From contig JAUCBJ010007358.1 of NCBI GenBank assembly GCA_032718475.1, positions 1-64,000 of the forward strand: a stretch of 64,000 bases of DNA, read 5' to 3'. The translations under genes and the position numbers were made by a program. The DNA is from Nemertoderma westbladi. Its lineage: Eukaryota; Animalia; Xenacoelomorpha. The notes under the pieces are model-generated. The model saw only the letters and a list, made by a program, of their open reading frames with translations. It made no database searches and was not told the DNA's origin. Shown here one piece after another: positions 1 through 12,370 of the stretch; the first letter of the stretch is position 1, and each line of letters begins with the position of its first letter.

Positions 1-3000
1 AACCCAATCTCCCGGGAATATCCAGTGGGTGAATGGTCGCGCACGGATTGGTTTCGACTAGTGTAGTGAATCAAATACTTGTCATAGACTAAAAGCAGAT
101 TTAATATCTAGAAGACATCTTAATTTGGTGGGTTAAACTGCCAAAGGTCTGAAAGCGCGAACACAAGGTCACTGGAGATATGAAGTTTAGTGGGTCGAAT
201 ATTGCACTTTTTATAGACAAACATCCCCTTTTCATCATGGGCTTGGGTAGGGGGTTATATTTGAAGATGAATTCATCTAATTCTATGTCCCATTCAATGC
301 CGAGTACACGGTGATCCACATCCTCGGAATACATTTTATTGTTGTCCAGTCGGATTTCCTCCGGAAACTTTTCCATAAGTTTTTTGTCATGGGATCTGAA
401 CTTCACGAGAGGAAAACCACCATTCTTTAAACATTCCACCATCCCCATCGCTAGCTGATATGCCTCATCAACATTATCGGCGCCGGCGCATCCGTCGTCC
501 ACGTAGAAGCATCGTCGGATGGATTCTATGACGGTTGGAGGGAACTCGTTTTCGCACATAGTCGCCGTTTTCTTCAGCATGTCACTACATGCTACCGGCG
601 AGTCCTTAGCGCCGAAGATCCTGATGATCATGCGCATTACGTCTACATCCTTCAATGTGAGTTGACTTATCTCCTGTGGAGTTAATGTTTTATCCGTCCA
701 TAATATACATAGACAGTCTGAGTCTCTTGGTAGTGTTCGGACCTGATCATGAACCTGATCAACACGCCGATGAGTGTACTGTATATGTTGGGCCCTGTAT
801 AAAGTTGGCTGTTCAGGGATTCACCTTGATACATAGCAGCGGCATCATTGGCTACTCGGATTTTACCGCCCTTCCGGGCTTCTACCACATAGTGGGTTGG
901 GAGATAATATGTTCTTTTACCCCCTTGCAGTTCATTCCGGGGTACCATTTCCGCTAATCCATCTTCTAGATATCCTTTGATTACATTATTATATTTCTCC
1001 TTTATCTCGGGTTGGTCGTTCAACCGGCGTAGGATTCCTTTAAGTCGCCTAAGGGCCATGTTGGCATTATTCGCCATCGGTTTATTTGGGTCTTTCCATA
1101 GCATGGGTGAACACCAGTGTCCGTCTTTGAACGTGGCCTGATCAAGGACATCAATACAATATTGATCCTCCTCGGACGGGTTCTCGTCCTTTTCAGCGAA
1201 CTCTTGGGTCTCTAGATTAAAGTATTTGGTCATCTCCTGCTGGGTTTTCTCGGTCTCAAGGAACAAATCCGTCAGTAGCTGTACAATAACCCACGGAGGT
1301 TGCATTCTCTTTAATCTGACGTTTAGGAAGGTATGTATAGGTGTCTGTAGTCTCCTACTTGTTTAATGGTTTTAGAGTGTAGTAGGCATCTTTCATGGAA
1401 TCCGAGAATTCCTGGATGTTCTGTGGGTCCCCCAGGGATCCCGCGTCCTGTATCAGTTTCTCGAGAGTTTTATTAATTATAGTCCCGATATTTCCGTATC
1501 TTTTGTCTAGAGTTTTCCATGCGTCATAGTATGCTTCATGAGATCCTCCCTCAAAATATGCAATGATTCGGCATGGTTTGTCGCCCAGGTATTGGGATAA
1601 ATATACCAGTTTTTGTGCGTCGGCTATATCCGTGGACCCAATCAGGGCGAAGAACCGTTTCTTGAATCTGAGGTAATCGACGGGGTCTCCTTCGAAGGTG
1701 AGGATCTCCATCTTGGGCATGGCCAGGCGGTTTTCCAATGCCCGGATGATGCCGACGTCATCTGAACTGGGATGACTAGGAGGGTTATAGTTATTGGCAC
1801 TCTCTCCCATGCACGATGGATCGACGAGAGGTGGAGTTTTGATGATGACGCGATTACGGATTTGTGGTGTGGATGTAAACGGGTTGTTGTTTCGGGGGGT
1901 GGTGTCCCGTTCCGAGTCCTTTTCAGGCTCGTACTTGGGAACGCTCGGGACCGTGGGGTTGGCTGGGAAATAAGGTTCCTCATTCTTAAGCGTAACCAAC
2001 CGGTGGGGGATGAAATACCGCTGCTTGTGCCGATAACGTAGACTGTATGATTGGCGGGAACTCGGGTTTCGGAGGTTTCACCACCGGTGGCGTAAATGAC
2101 TTCTCTAATTCCGGGACCGGGATCGGTTCATAGTTCTGTTCTATACCCCTTTCCCAGTCCTCATATAGTTGAAGATCCCGTTCTATGAGTGCGGCTTCGT
2201 ATTCCGCGAGTTTCGCAATATCTGCATTATTTTTGTGGATAAGAATCGCTTGGGCCTCGGCATGTTGTTTACGCATTTCTGCCTCCATTTTACGTTGTTC
2301 GGCCTCCTGTTCGGCCTGTTGTTCGGCCTCTCGTTTACGTTGTTCGGCCTCTCGTTTACGTTGTTCGGCCTCCTGTTCGGCCTCTCGTTTACGTTGTTCG
2401 GCCTGTTGTTTGGCCTCTCGTTTTTGCATTTCGGCTGCTAATACATCTTGCTCGACTTGCAGTTGAACATATTCATCTTCCATCCGGGCTTTGAGGGCCA
2501 ATGCCCTCTGTTCTCATAGCTGATCTCGGAGTGGCTGTCCCCCTTGAGAACTGCGTGCTGACCCGGATATCTCGCTCCTAGCGCTGGAGTTCTGGTGCCT
2601 TGAGGACCCCGTTCTCTGTCGATGAATTGCTGTCCTGGTGCTGGAGGTTCGCACTGATTCTGCGCCTGTTCTTTCCGCTCTCTTATAGTATTGTTCCTCG
2701 TAGCCTCTCACGAGGCTGAGGGTCCTCCGGTGTTGTTTGCGGAACTCATCTAGATGTACAATGTGTTCTTCTAGTCTGGGGTAGTTTACCTGATCGGTGG
2801 CGGGAATGAGTTCTTGATACGCCTGTATCATCCTCTCATATCATTGTAGGATACTTCGGATATTCTGAAGCTGAGTTTGTATCTCGTTGAGGGGGGTTTC
2901 GACTCCCCTTAGTTGTTTCTCTATACGTTGATATGCTCGAGTGACTCCGCCTTTGAGAGCGCCTAGTCGACGGGTCATGTTCTTGACGTTCGGTACCTCG

Positions 3001-3062
3001 TCGGCTTCCGAGTCTGTGTGGGTGTCCATCTCATCGGTGTCGGAGACGTTGTTCGTCGTCAT
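1..3062 (-). mobile_element. Decayed Bel/Pao LTR retrotransposon (gag and RT/RNase H remnants), runs off the window start
   Basis: Collinear broken ORFs at 2841-3062, 2514-2831, 1986-2501, 1355-1999 (gag-like F.GDP.DY..F...KL.YL), 682-1305 (YYLPTHYVV..KIRVANDAAA..SLNSQLYTGP) and 101-655 (IFGAKDSP..FYVDD..RVLGIEWD..IFDPL). Stops and frameshifts are present, and the protease region appears deleted. Confidence 0.88.
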
Positions 3063-3835
3063 TCTAGTGCCTTGTTGATAGCTAGATATGCGATGTCGTA
3101 AAATAGTTCTTCGTAGCTCTCGTACTCAGCTTGGACTACCCGAATGGTAATCCTGAATCGTCCGACGTTCGTTCCTTGTACTTCAACTTCGACGTGCCAG
3201 ATTCCTGGCTCAACTTGGATTATGTCAATGGGTGTGATCGATACTTCCATTCCCTGTTAACGACTCTCTATATGTGATCTGCCGACTACGAGTTTATTAG
3301 ATCGAGTATGTTGATTGATTAAACCACGCATTTGTCTTAACTCAAATACCAGAGTTTCCTCGTAGTGGGTGCTGGGTAAGCATGGAGAGAGTTTGAAGAG
3401 TATTGTAGGATTCCCAACTTCCACCAGTTGAAGTTGGCCGCGTCTTATTCTCAATTTTGTTGCCGCTATTCCCGACACCATGGGGGAAAACGCCGATGCT
3501 GGAGGCGGAACTTTTCAGACCACGGAATCCTGGCCAGTCACCGGATATTGGTAGTGGAGAAGGAATACGTTCTTAAATGCAAGATTGCGGTTGAGGAAAA
3601 GTTTCATTGGTTGGATATACTCTTTAATGTAACTTCCCTACAGTTGAACCTTGATTGAGAATAAGTTGGGCTTCCCCAAACCAATATACACCCAATATTC
3701 ACAATAATATAACACGACAATATAAATCCCTACAGTATATTATTTAATTAGCCACTGTTCGCTCAGATTTTAGCCTAACTAATGTTCCCCGATTTTCCCT
3801 CGGTCCTAGTCTTGGTGCCGTGGTGTCGCTGTCAG

Positions 3836-4118
3836 TCGACCCTGTTGCGTGTCCGTCCCACCCTTCCCGAACCCCTAAGGGATCGGTCATCAGGAACCAG
3901 TACGGCTTGGCTAAGGGTCGGTCCAGTCGGTAGACCCTGTCGCGTATCCGTACCACCCCTCCCGAACCCCGAAGGGATCGGTCATCGGGAACCAGTACGG
4001 CTTGGCTAGGGGTCTGTCATGTCGGTGGACCCGTTCGCGTGTCCGTCCCACCCCTCCCGAACCCCGAAGGGATCGGTCATCGGGAACCAGTACGGCTTGG
4101 CTAGGGGTCTGTCGGTTC
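3836..4118. repeat. Three tandem copies of a 95-bp unit, probably in the LTR/5' region of the Bel/Pao element
   Basis: cagtacggcttggcta recurs at 3898, 3993 and 4088. Confidence 0.85.
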
Positions 4119-4129
4119 ATCGCAGAGAC

Positions 4130-4250
4130 CCATATATCGGATCTATAAAGTAATAAAGTAACTACAGCAGGGATATATATCGGATCTATAAAGTATTAAA
4201 GTAACTACAGCAGGGATATCGGATGTATAAAGTAAATATAAAGTAACTGC
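4130..4250. repeat. About three copies of a ~44-bp unit
   Basis: atatcggatctataaagta..aaagtaactacagcagg repeated. Confidence 0.75.
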
Positions 4251-4264
4251 AACTGCACCTTTAT

Positions 4265-4443
4265 GGGTGTTTGGAGCTCATTCACCCCATTATTGTGGAC
4301 TTGTATAGGACAGAGAGAGTCCCACAAGAAATGAAAACAAATAAGTTGGTGCCAGTTCCCAAGAAGGGCAACCTAACACTCTATGGTTCTTTTCGGGGAA
4401 TCTCATTGATCTCGATTGCTGTAAAGCTATACAATAGGATTAT
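4265..4443 (+). mobile_element. RTE-clade LINE (family 1) RT fragment, continued at 7092-7350
   Basis: LVPVPKKGNL...FRGISLISIAVKLYNRI. The uninterrupted copy at 8250-8290 shows that the sequence ending near 4443 is normally contiguous with taaatcgcatcaggg, found here at 7092. Confidence 0.85.
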
Positions 4444-4532
4444 ATATCTCCCAATCTCCCAAAGATTCTCGCCAATATTATTCTGTTATTGCCTACTGCA
4501 ATACTGAATTTTATATTTGATTTATATGGTAT

Positions 4533-5582
4533 TTGATATCTGATTTATATGGTATATGGTATTTTATATTGTATTTGATGCCTACTGTCAGCAGAATGCC
4601 TACCAACAGCAACACCACGTCTAACACGGCATCTAGCCGTAGCAGCCAGGATAAAAGGCGATCCAGTCTCGCTGCTCCAAAAAATTGTAGTTCAAAACAC
4701 AAGCCTTCTGATTGGTTTACGACAAAGGTAGAATGCTCATGTTGCCTTAACACATGGACTGAAATGGAAATTCGAGTTGGTGATGACTACTCTTCTCGAT
4801 CATTTACATGTGGCTTCTGCTCTGCAGCAATTATATCGGACCTAAAGCGTAAATTTATGGACGAACTTGATTCTGAAACCCAACGTCTGGTGCAAACAAT
4901 CCGCGATGAAAAGTCTGATATTGTATCGAATCTCGATGCAACCCGTTCTGAGCTAGAGACCAGGGTTGAAGAAATAGAGAAAGTCGTTGCTGATTTGCAA
5001 ACTAGCGAGTCTGATACCAATGCTATCCTTGGCAATGGTGATGTTGATATCGATTGTGATAGCCCTACTGATTCCTCATGGGTCAATGTTGTCCGTAAGA
5101 ACCGTTCTGTCATCAAAGAGCTGCAAAGGAAAGTTGAAACCAGGCAAACCACTCATCCTCCGGTTAATACAACCGACATACAGAAGGTGATATTAGACAC
5201 TGAGCAACGAAAGCACCATGTTCTTATAAGAGGACTTCCTGGAGATGGACAACCCAATACACAAACCCAGCGTCAAGTAGATAACAAATACCTAGAGGAC
5301 TCCTTAAACGAAAAGTTGAACTACCATGGTATCTCCCGTCTAGGTCGTCCCAGGGATGATGGTAAACCACGCCCACTTCGGCTGATCTTCTCAACAAGTG
5401 ATGAGGCTAATAAGCTAATTGCTAGACGTTACTTTTTGCACAATAACACAAAATACTACTTTGACCGTGACCTATCGCGTTTTGAACAAGAACAGGCCTA
5501 CAAGCAGCGGCAGAAACGACGGAATCAAATGCACTCCTCACCGAATAGCAACACCACACCTTTAGCTAACCAAGTCGATTGA
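4533..5582 (+). CDS. LINE (CR1/L2-type) ORF1p-like protein: PHD-like Cys cluster, coiled coil, RRM-like C-terminus
   Basis: 349-aa open frame with CSCC..W..CGFC, a heptad-rich segment, RKHHVLIRGLP, RLGRP..KPRPLRLIF and DRDLS..EQ. It is directly followed by a CR1 ORF2 C-terminus. Confidence 0.75.
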   Translation: MISDLYGIWYFILYLMPTVSRMPTNSNTTSNTASSRSSQDKRRSSLAAPKNCSSKHKPSDWFTTKVECSCCLNTWTEMEIRVGDDYSSRSFTCGFCSAAIISDLKRKFMDELDSETQRLVQTIRDEKSDIVSNLDATRSELETRVEEIEKVVADLQTSESDTNAILGNGDVDIDCDSPTDSSWVNVVRKNRSVIKELQRKVETRQTTHPPVNTTDIQKVILDTEQRKHHVLIRGLPGDGQPNTQTQRQVDNKYLEDSLNEKLNYHGISRLGRPRDDGKPRPLRLIFSTSDEANKLIARRYFLHNNTKYYFDRDLSRFEQEQAYKQRQKRRNQMHSSPNSNTTPLANQVD

Positions 5583-6200
5583 CTAGCTCATTCCCTTCCA
5601 TATCTTCCATACCTTCCATATCCGGAGCGACTGCGTCGCTTGGGACTACCTACTCTGGAATACCGACGTTCTCGCGCGGACCTTATTCAATTATATCGCA
5701 TGCTAACGGGTGTTGATGCTGTCGATTGGCAGAGTTTCTTCTCCTTATCGTCAACTGTCTGACGCGGTAACTCTTTAAAACTCACCAAACCGACCGTCCG
5801 TCTGAAAATCCGGGCCGATTCGTTCCACTTCCGAGTCATATCTCCCTGGAATGCTCTTCCTGATGTGGTTGTTACTTCCCCAAGTGTGAATATATTCAAA
5901 TCGAACTTAAATGACCATTACAACTCTGCTACTAAGTTCTACCCATCCTGGTGGAATTAATCTAATCTAATCCACTTGTTCACATAATCTATCTAACTCA
6001 TAATTACTGTAAATCTTATTTTGCCGTATATTTTATTAATCTTATTTTAACTTCAGTTTTTTTTTTTACCGCTTTTTATTTTTATTGAATTTCTACCGTT
6101 TTACTTTACTACTTATTTTATTTAATTTTCCCATTGGTTAAAAATTGTATATCGTATTTCCCCAGTTGCCCTATTTTTACTCACATGCTATGCAATCTGT

Positions 6201-6728
6201 ATGAGGCGCCGTTAACGCCAAAAGGTCAGCAATAATATTAAAGGTTTTAAAAAGAATATTAGAGAATTTCAAAACATATTTTCGGCCGAAATTTCGGCCG
6301 AAATATTTTATTACATTTTCAGCTCTTCCATTTGATAACATTTTCGGTCGAAATTTCGGCCGAAATTTCGGCCGAATTCTCGACCGAAATATTTTATTAC
6401 ATTTTCCGCTCTTCCATTTGATAACATTTTCGGCCGAAATTTCGGCCGAAATTTCGGCCGAAATTTCGGCCGAAATATTTTATTACATTTTCAGCTCTTC
6501 CATTTGACGAGATTTTCGGCCGAAATTTCGGCCGAAATTTCGGTCGAGATTTCGGCCGAAATTTCGGTTGAGATTTCGGCCGAAAATTACATCAAATGAA
6601 AGAGCTGAAAAAATGTAATAAAATATTTCGGCCGAAATTTCGGCCGAAAATATGTTTTGAAATTCTCTAATATTCTTTTTAAAACCTTTAATATTATTGC
6701 TGACCTTTTGGCGTTAACGGCGCCTCAT
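6201..6728. mobile_element. Palindromic MITE with internal TTCGGCCGAA repeats
   Basis: Near-perfect long TIRs (atgaggcgccgttaacgccaaaaggtcagc / gctgaccttttggcgttaacggcgcctcat). Flanks are caatctgt and aaatctgt (possible 8-bp TSD), or alternatively a TA TSD. Confidence 0.88.
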
Positions 6729-7091
6729 AAATCTGTTATGCATTAATCTTTTATCTTCATGTATTTGTATCGTTTTACTATTGTACTGTATCTGTTTTAT
6801 TTAATTATCCATTCTCAGTTGTTTTTCTTACCTTTTTTTTTAATGAATTTGTACTGTTTTACTTTACTTTTGTAGGCCTACCTAATTTATTTTATTTTCC
6901 AGTAGTTATACAATTTAACACCGTATAGATTACTTCTATGTCATTAATTTTTATCTATTTTATCTAGATAGTCCACGTGATGTAATTTTTATATTTTTAA
7001 AGTTTAATTTCCGCTTACATATCGTGATTTATGGGACCCTATAAGTTCTCAACTTTCTTGTTCCTGTAACTTTTAATAATAATAATAATAT

Positions 7092-8505
7092 TAAATCGCA
7101 TCAGGGATCCCATTGAGAGACTGCTCCGTGGAAATCAGAATGGGTTCCGTAAAGGTCGTGGGACCATGGAGCCCATTTTGGCACTTAGAAGGATAATTGA
7201 AGAGTTATCAATAAAGAAAGACAGGTATCTGGCTGTTATCTTTGTTGACTTCTTCAAGGCCTTTGATTCAGTCTCTCGCTCACGTATGTTCAGCATACTT
7301 TCATTATATGGGATTCCTGATGAAATTATTGCAGCAATCATATCAGTATTGTGGCCAAGGTAAGACTTAGTCTGCGTGCTAGCAGAACAACGAAATCTGC
7401 CTTGCCGCGGCATGACTGGTCCTCTCTGTTGCAACAGCCAAGTGTGAGATCCAGCTTCACACTACAGCAGAGCAACAGGTATGAGGTTCTTGCCTCTGAG
7501 GCGGCAGATCACTGTGAGGGCTATACTGCCTTCACAGAAGCAGTTAATTTAGCTGCTGCAGGAACAGTTCCTGTATACCCTCGAAACAGGAAAGGGGCCC
7601 CCTGGACTGACAAACAAAATTCAGAAGTGCCGAAATGACCTCTACAAGGCGCAGAAAGAGTCCCGACTCAAACAGACTACAGCGGCCAAGAATGCAGTTA
7701 AGGCTGCATCTAGGTCCCTGAACAGGCAGTACTCTGTTAATCTACAGGAGCTAATAAACCAACAGGTTGATGCCATCAATGATGCTGACGACAGCAGGCA
7801 ATCATCCCAGGCATGGAAATCGATTAACTTGCTTACTCGGCGGAAAAGCCAACCAACCACCAAGATTAAGGCTGAATCACCAGCCGATCGCCTCAATGGT
7901 TGGAAGGCCCACTTTGAAAAGCTCCTCAATAATGACAGGGTATTACCTGATAACTTTATAGAAGTAAAAGTGTCTGAGTCTGTAATCCCAGATATTCCCA
8001 TTGGCGATATCTCCTTTGCAGAAGTGAAGGCGGCTACAAAGAGCATTAAGACCAATCGTGCCAGTGGAGTAAATGGTGTTCCCCCTGAGGTCTTAAAAAT
8101 ACCTGAGTGTTTAAAGCTCATCTATCCCATGTACCGAACAACAAGAGTCCCACAAGAAATGAAAACAAATAAGTTGGTGCCAGTTCCCAAGAAGGGCAAC
8201 CTAACACTCTATGGTTCTTTTCGGGGAATCTCATTGATCTCGTTTGCTGCAAAGCTATACAATAGAATTCTATAAATCGCATCAGGGATCCCATTGAGAG
8301 ACTGCTCCGTGGAAATCAGAATGGGTTCCGTAAAGGTCGTGTGACCATGAACCCATTTTGGCACTTAGAAGGATAATTGAAGAGTTATCAAAAAAGAAAG
8401 ACAGGCATCTGGCTGTTATCTTTGTTGACTTCTTCAAGTCCTTTGATTCAGTCTCCCGCTCCATACTTTCATTATATGGGATTCCTGATGAAATTATTGC
8501 AGTAT
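7092..8505 (+). mobile_element. Rearranged RTE family 1 fragments (RT continuation, then a second copy of linker plus RT N-terminus)
   Basis: QNGFRKGR..ILALRRIIEE..FVDFFKAFDSV; NRASGVNGVPPEVLK..PKKGNL..FRGISL. The RT segment is present twice (7092-7340 and 8273-8500). Confidence 0.85.
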
Positions 8506-8763
8506 CAGATCACTGTACGATGGTTGTGTCTACTAGGGATTCGACAGGGCTAAAATTTCATCCGGAGCCGGAGACCGGAGGTTTCTCCGGGTTACAATAT
8601 GAGCTCCGGCCGGAGCAGGAGTCGTAGCCGGAGGTTTGGTGATTTATAATTCCAGTGTATTATTATAGTAGACATAGACAGATATGTGTTCATGAGACAG
8701 GGTGGGAGGGGGATTTGATGCAAATTCGTACTCGGCGAATTAATATTGTTAAATTATAAATTA

Positions 8764-10752
8764 AGTTCGGGCTGAAGGGCCACTTTTGTATATCAAAAGT
8801 GGCCCTATTGCGACTTGGGGGGTATTAAAAAGTGGCCCTTTAGCCCATTTTTGACCCTTTAGCCCGAAACCGCAAACGGGCTTGGATGGCCCTTTGTGTA
8901 TACGGTTCTTCTAAAAAGTTATGCACCTTCGTTTTATTACTAAATGAAAACACAATTTCCGGGCCACTTACCAAAATGTATAAAATGGAATTAGGGCCAA
9001 AAAAGTCAAAAGGGCCAAAATTTGCCAAAATTGGCCCTCTCACTGTCTGGAATAATATATCACAGGCCCGAACTGAGCTTACTTTATAGGAAGGGCCATA
9101 AAGAAAGAGCCAAAACAGGAGATAAAGAAAGGGCCATAACAGGCCCTATTTGATGTGACTTCATAACAAATTTATCAAATTAGGTGAGAAGGAAACGGGC
9201 CGAACTGAAAATGAGATAAATAACATTAGGGCCATTATACAGTGACCCTTTTTAAATCCAATTTGATCCTACAAATAAACTTGTTTCAAAATTGATTTAT
9301 TAAATAAAATGACCCGAAGAAGGGGCCACTTTTACCATCATAAAGAATGAGATTAACAACATTAGGGCCATAAATATACATTGATTAAAATGGCCCGATT
9401 TCAATCCAAATTGATTAGTACCTAATCAAATTAACTGAAAAAATTATTAATTAGCGGTATTAGTCGAAGTCGATATCAACCTTATCTTGCACATACGGGC
9501 TGGAGCATTCGCGCAGCACGAGACTTACGTGAAATATTCGAGAACACAAAATCATTTTAACATTGAGTAAGGCAGCATCAGGAGTTGAGGAGTTAAATAA
9601 TATGAATAGCAGTATATGGAAGCAAATAGTAAAATACTACAGTTACATTTATTTTGTAACACTATATCGCTCTATATTTTATTAACGAATTTAGCAACAA
9701 AAAGTACCATTTTAAGAAAAAAATTACGTATTACACGGGAAAAAAAACGTAGAACATTTCTTTTTTCAATATTCTCTCGACCCTTTATTAACCTCGCTGG
9801 CGCTCGGTAAATAAAATGCCTCGAGAATAATGAAAAAAGATCTACTTTTTTTCCAATGTAATAAATAATTATTTTGTAGCACCAATTCACATCCCCTGTG
9901 TCGGGAATCGAGAGTAGTTATTTCGCGTTCGCGGATCTGAGCTGTGATGGCCCGCTTTGTTGACTTCTTTCGACCCCGTAGAGTAGCCTCGGCGACAAAC
10001 TCACCAATAATTTCTAATTATGCAATGCTCCTAGGTCCCTCCTGCCAAATTTCAGATGGATTCTGACGGTTGGTTCTATAATTACACAGCTACTTCTACG
10101 TTTCTGTCAATTCGCCTCCCTAGCGGCAAACAAGTGAACTTTAAAGTCTGTCTGTGTTTATAATTTCTACTTAAGCAACGGCGATAACTGCCCGTTGAAG
10201 ACATGGGAACTTGAAAGTCTAACCGTACAGTACATAAAATATGTTCAAACAAAAATAATGTTTATTAAAATCTACATTATTTTAGTTTACTTAACTGTGG
10301 TAATTACATTATTGCAAGTCTTACAATTCATGTTACTATTCATGTCATTTTTTGAGAAAGTTTGACTGGCCCATTTGTTTCAAAATTGATTTATTAAATT
10401 AAATGAACGGGAAAAGGGCCACCTTTACTATCATAAAGAATGAGATGATTTGCATCCAAATTGATCTTACAAATAAACTGAACTGTAAGAATGAAGAGAA
10501 ATAAGATAGGGCCATTGAGTTATATAGGTACACTATACCTACATATCTCACTATATAGATATACAAGTTGGCCCTTTCGCTCGTTTTTTCATCTTTATGT
10601 ATGTATATTAAAATGGTATATGTAGGAACATATATACACAAGATATGTAGATATACTAATGGCCCTTTTTACTTCCATTATATTCTGTGTTATATAGGTA
10701 CATAATACCCTTCATTTCAAAGATACATATCTATGGCCCTTTAGGCCGAACG
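8764..10752. mobile_element. Putative non-autonomous DNA transposon rich in GGCCC motifs
   Basis: Imperfect inverted ends (gttcgggctgaagggcca / tggccctttaggccgaac), many gggcc/ggccc motifs, and an internal duplicated block (~9280-9355 vs ~10375-10450). Confidence 0.45.
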
Positions 10753-10805
10753 TACAGTACATATATTTATATATATTTATATAAATTTTATTAACTCACT
10801 CCAAA

Positions 10806-11478
10806 AAGACCAAAATTGTGACAGTTAACTTTGAAAGTCCTCAGCAAGTCTCTGATCGGATGAGCATAAGCTCAAAGGATGGTATGCTTGAGCATGTGGA
10901 CGACTTCTGTTACCTGGGATCATGGATCCGGAAGTCAGGTGAGGACCTTCGAATACGTAAGGGAAAGGCATGGGCAGCCTTGAATAGGCTTTCCACGATT
11001 AGGAAGTCACCGAGAATTAATCGGAAACTTAAGGTCCGATTATTTAGAGCAGCAGTAGTTCCAGTACTCCTCTATGGGAGTCCATGCTGGGCTCTAACTG
11101 CTGAGGACACCAAATCTCTGGATGGCACATTCACAAGAATGCTACGCCGGGTTCATTGTGTCAAGTACAATGCACACATCTCCAACCAGACACTATATAA
11201 CATTGGAGGTGTCTCATTGGTTCCCCCAAGCTTGACACTAGAACAAAATCGCCTCCGCTTTGCAGGACATTGCTTCCGCCGTGAGGACCAGCCAGTGCAT
11301 AATCTTGTACTTTGGCAGCCTCATGGAGTGAATAAGCATGGTGGACAGCCCATGACTTTCTTGAGACGCATCTTAAAGGACACTGGCCTTGAAGATGCGG
11401 ATGATCTAGCAAATGTCATGGGTGATAGGGAGTTGTGGCGGCGCAACTTTGTCGACAAGCCGGCACAGCATTCTCAAT
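10806..11478 (+). mobile_element. RTE family 1 LINE 3' fragment (RT C-terminus); tail resumes at 12373-12412
   Basis: VDDFCYLGSWI..RLFRAAVVPVLLYGS..RLRFAGHCFRR. Near-identical to 33494-34165 in inverted orientation. A (TAG)n tail lies at ~12402-12410. Confidence 0.9.
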
Positions 11479-11488
11479 ATGTAACATA

Positions 11489-12370
11489 CACCATGTCCTG
11501 GAATATAGTGTCGTTATTCTGGTACATGGACGACCCCCCCCCCCCAAAAAAAATTTGTCTACTTGGGTCTTTGGTCTTTATTTTGTACTCTACCAATTGC
11601 ATGAAATTTAAAACAGAGATAGTTTCACCTCCCTCCTCCTTACTGGGAGAGCCAGAATTTTTATTTTTGCTTTCAATCTTTAGCTACAAGCGTTTAAAAA
11701 AAGTGTCTCCAGCGATATCACACCAGTTACACCACAGTTATTCTTTAACCTTATAGAGATTAGTTGATATTGACCGAAAGCTGGCCTGGCCATGCAAGGA
11801 TTCCAAATATGTATTACAATCTGAATTTCGTCGTAAAATAGCGGAGATGGCGTTCTAAAGTTGCATGGCTTTACACCTGCGCGATGCTATTTTTATTCTA
11901 CACACCATTTCCTATAATAGAACATTGTTTATCCCATACGGACCTGGGCGACAATACAATAACTCAAACAAAGTGTTCCAGGTTAATTTGTTACATAGAA
12001 TAAATAGCCACGCGCCGCCGGCGCAAAGCCATGCAACTTTAGAAAGCTCATATCTCTTGTGATACATATTTGGAATCCTTGCATGGCCAGCTTTCGGTCA
12101 ATATCAACTAATCTCTATAAGGTTAAAGAATAACTGCGGTGTAACTGGTGTAATATCGACGGAGACACTTTTTTTAAACGCTTGTAGCTAAAGATTGAAA
12201 GCAAAAAAAAAATTCTGGCTCACCCGCAGTCAGTGGTAGGGAGGTGAAACTATCTCTGTTTCAAATTTCATGCAATCTCATTAAGATTTGTAGAAAATAT
12301 GTGGGGGGGGGGGGGGGGGGGGGGGGGTACCTGAATAACACCAACTATACATGTATTCCAGGACATGGTG
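11489..12370. mobile_element. TA-flanked foldback MITE (Tc1/mariner-like ends) inserted in the RTE 3' UTR
   Basis: TA|caccatgtcctggaata ... tattccaggacatggtg|TA. Long internal inverted arms at ~11595-11870 and ~12030-12275. Confidence 0.85.

Larger units (their letters stand above)
4444..7091 (+). mobile_element. Internally deleted CR1-type LINE: ORF1, last ~115 codons of ORF2, AT-rich 3' UTR, (TAA)n tail
   Basis: 5616-5960 translates to YPERLRRLGLPTLEYRRSRADLIQLYRML..RGNSLKL..FRVISPWNALP..VNIFKSNL (one stop), typical of a CR1 ORF2 end. A (TAA)n run lies at ~7074-7091. The element interrupts an RTE copy. Confidence 0.75.
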
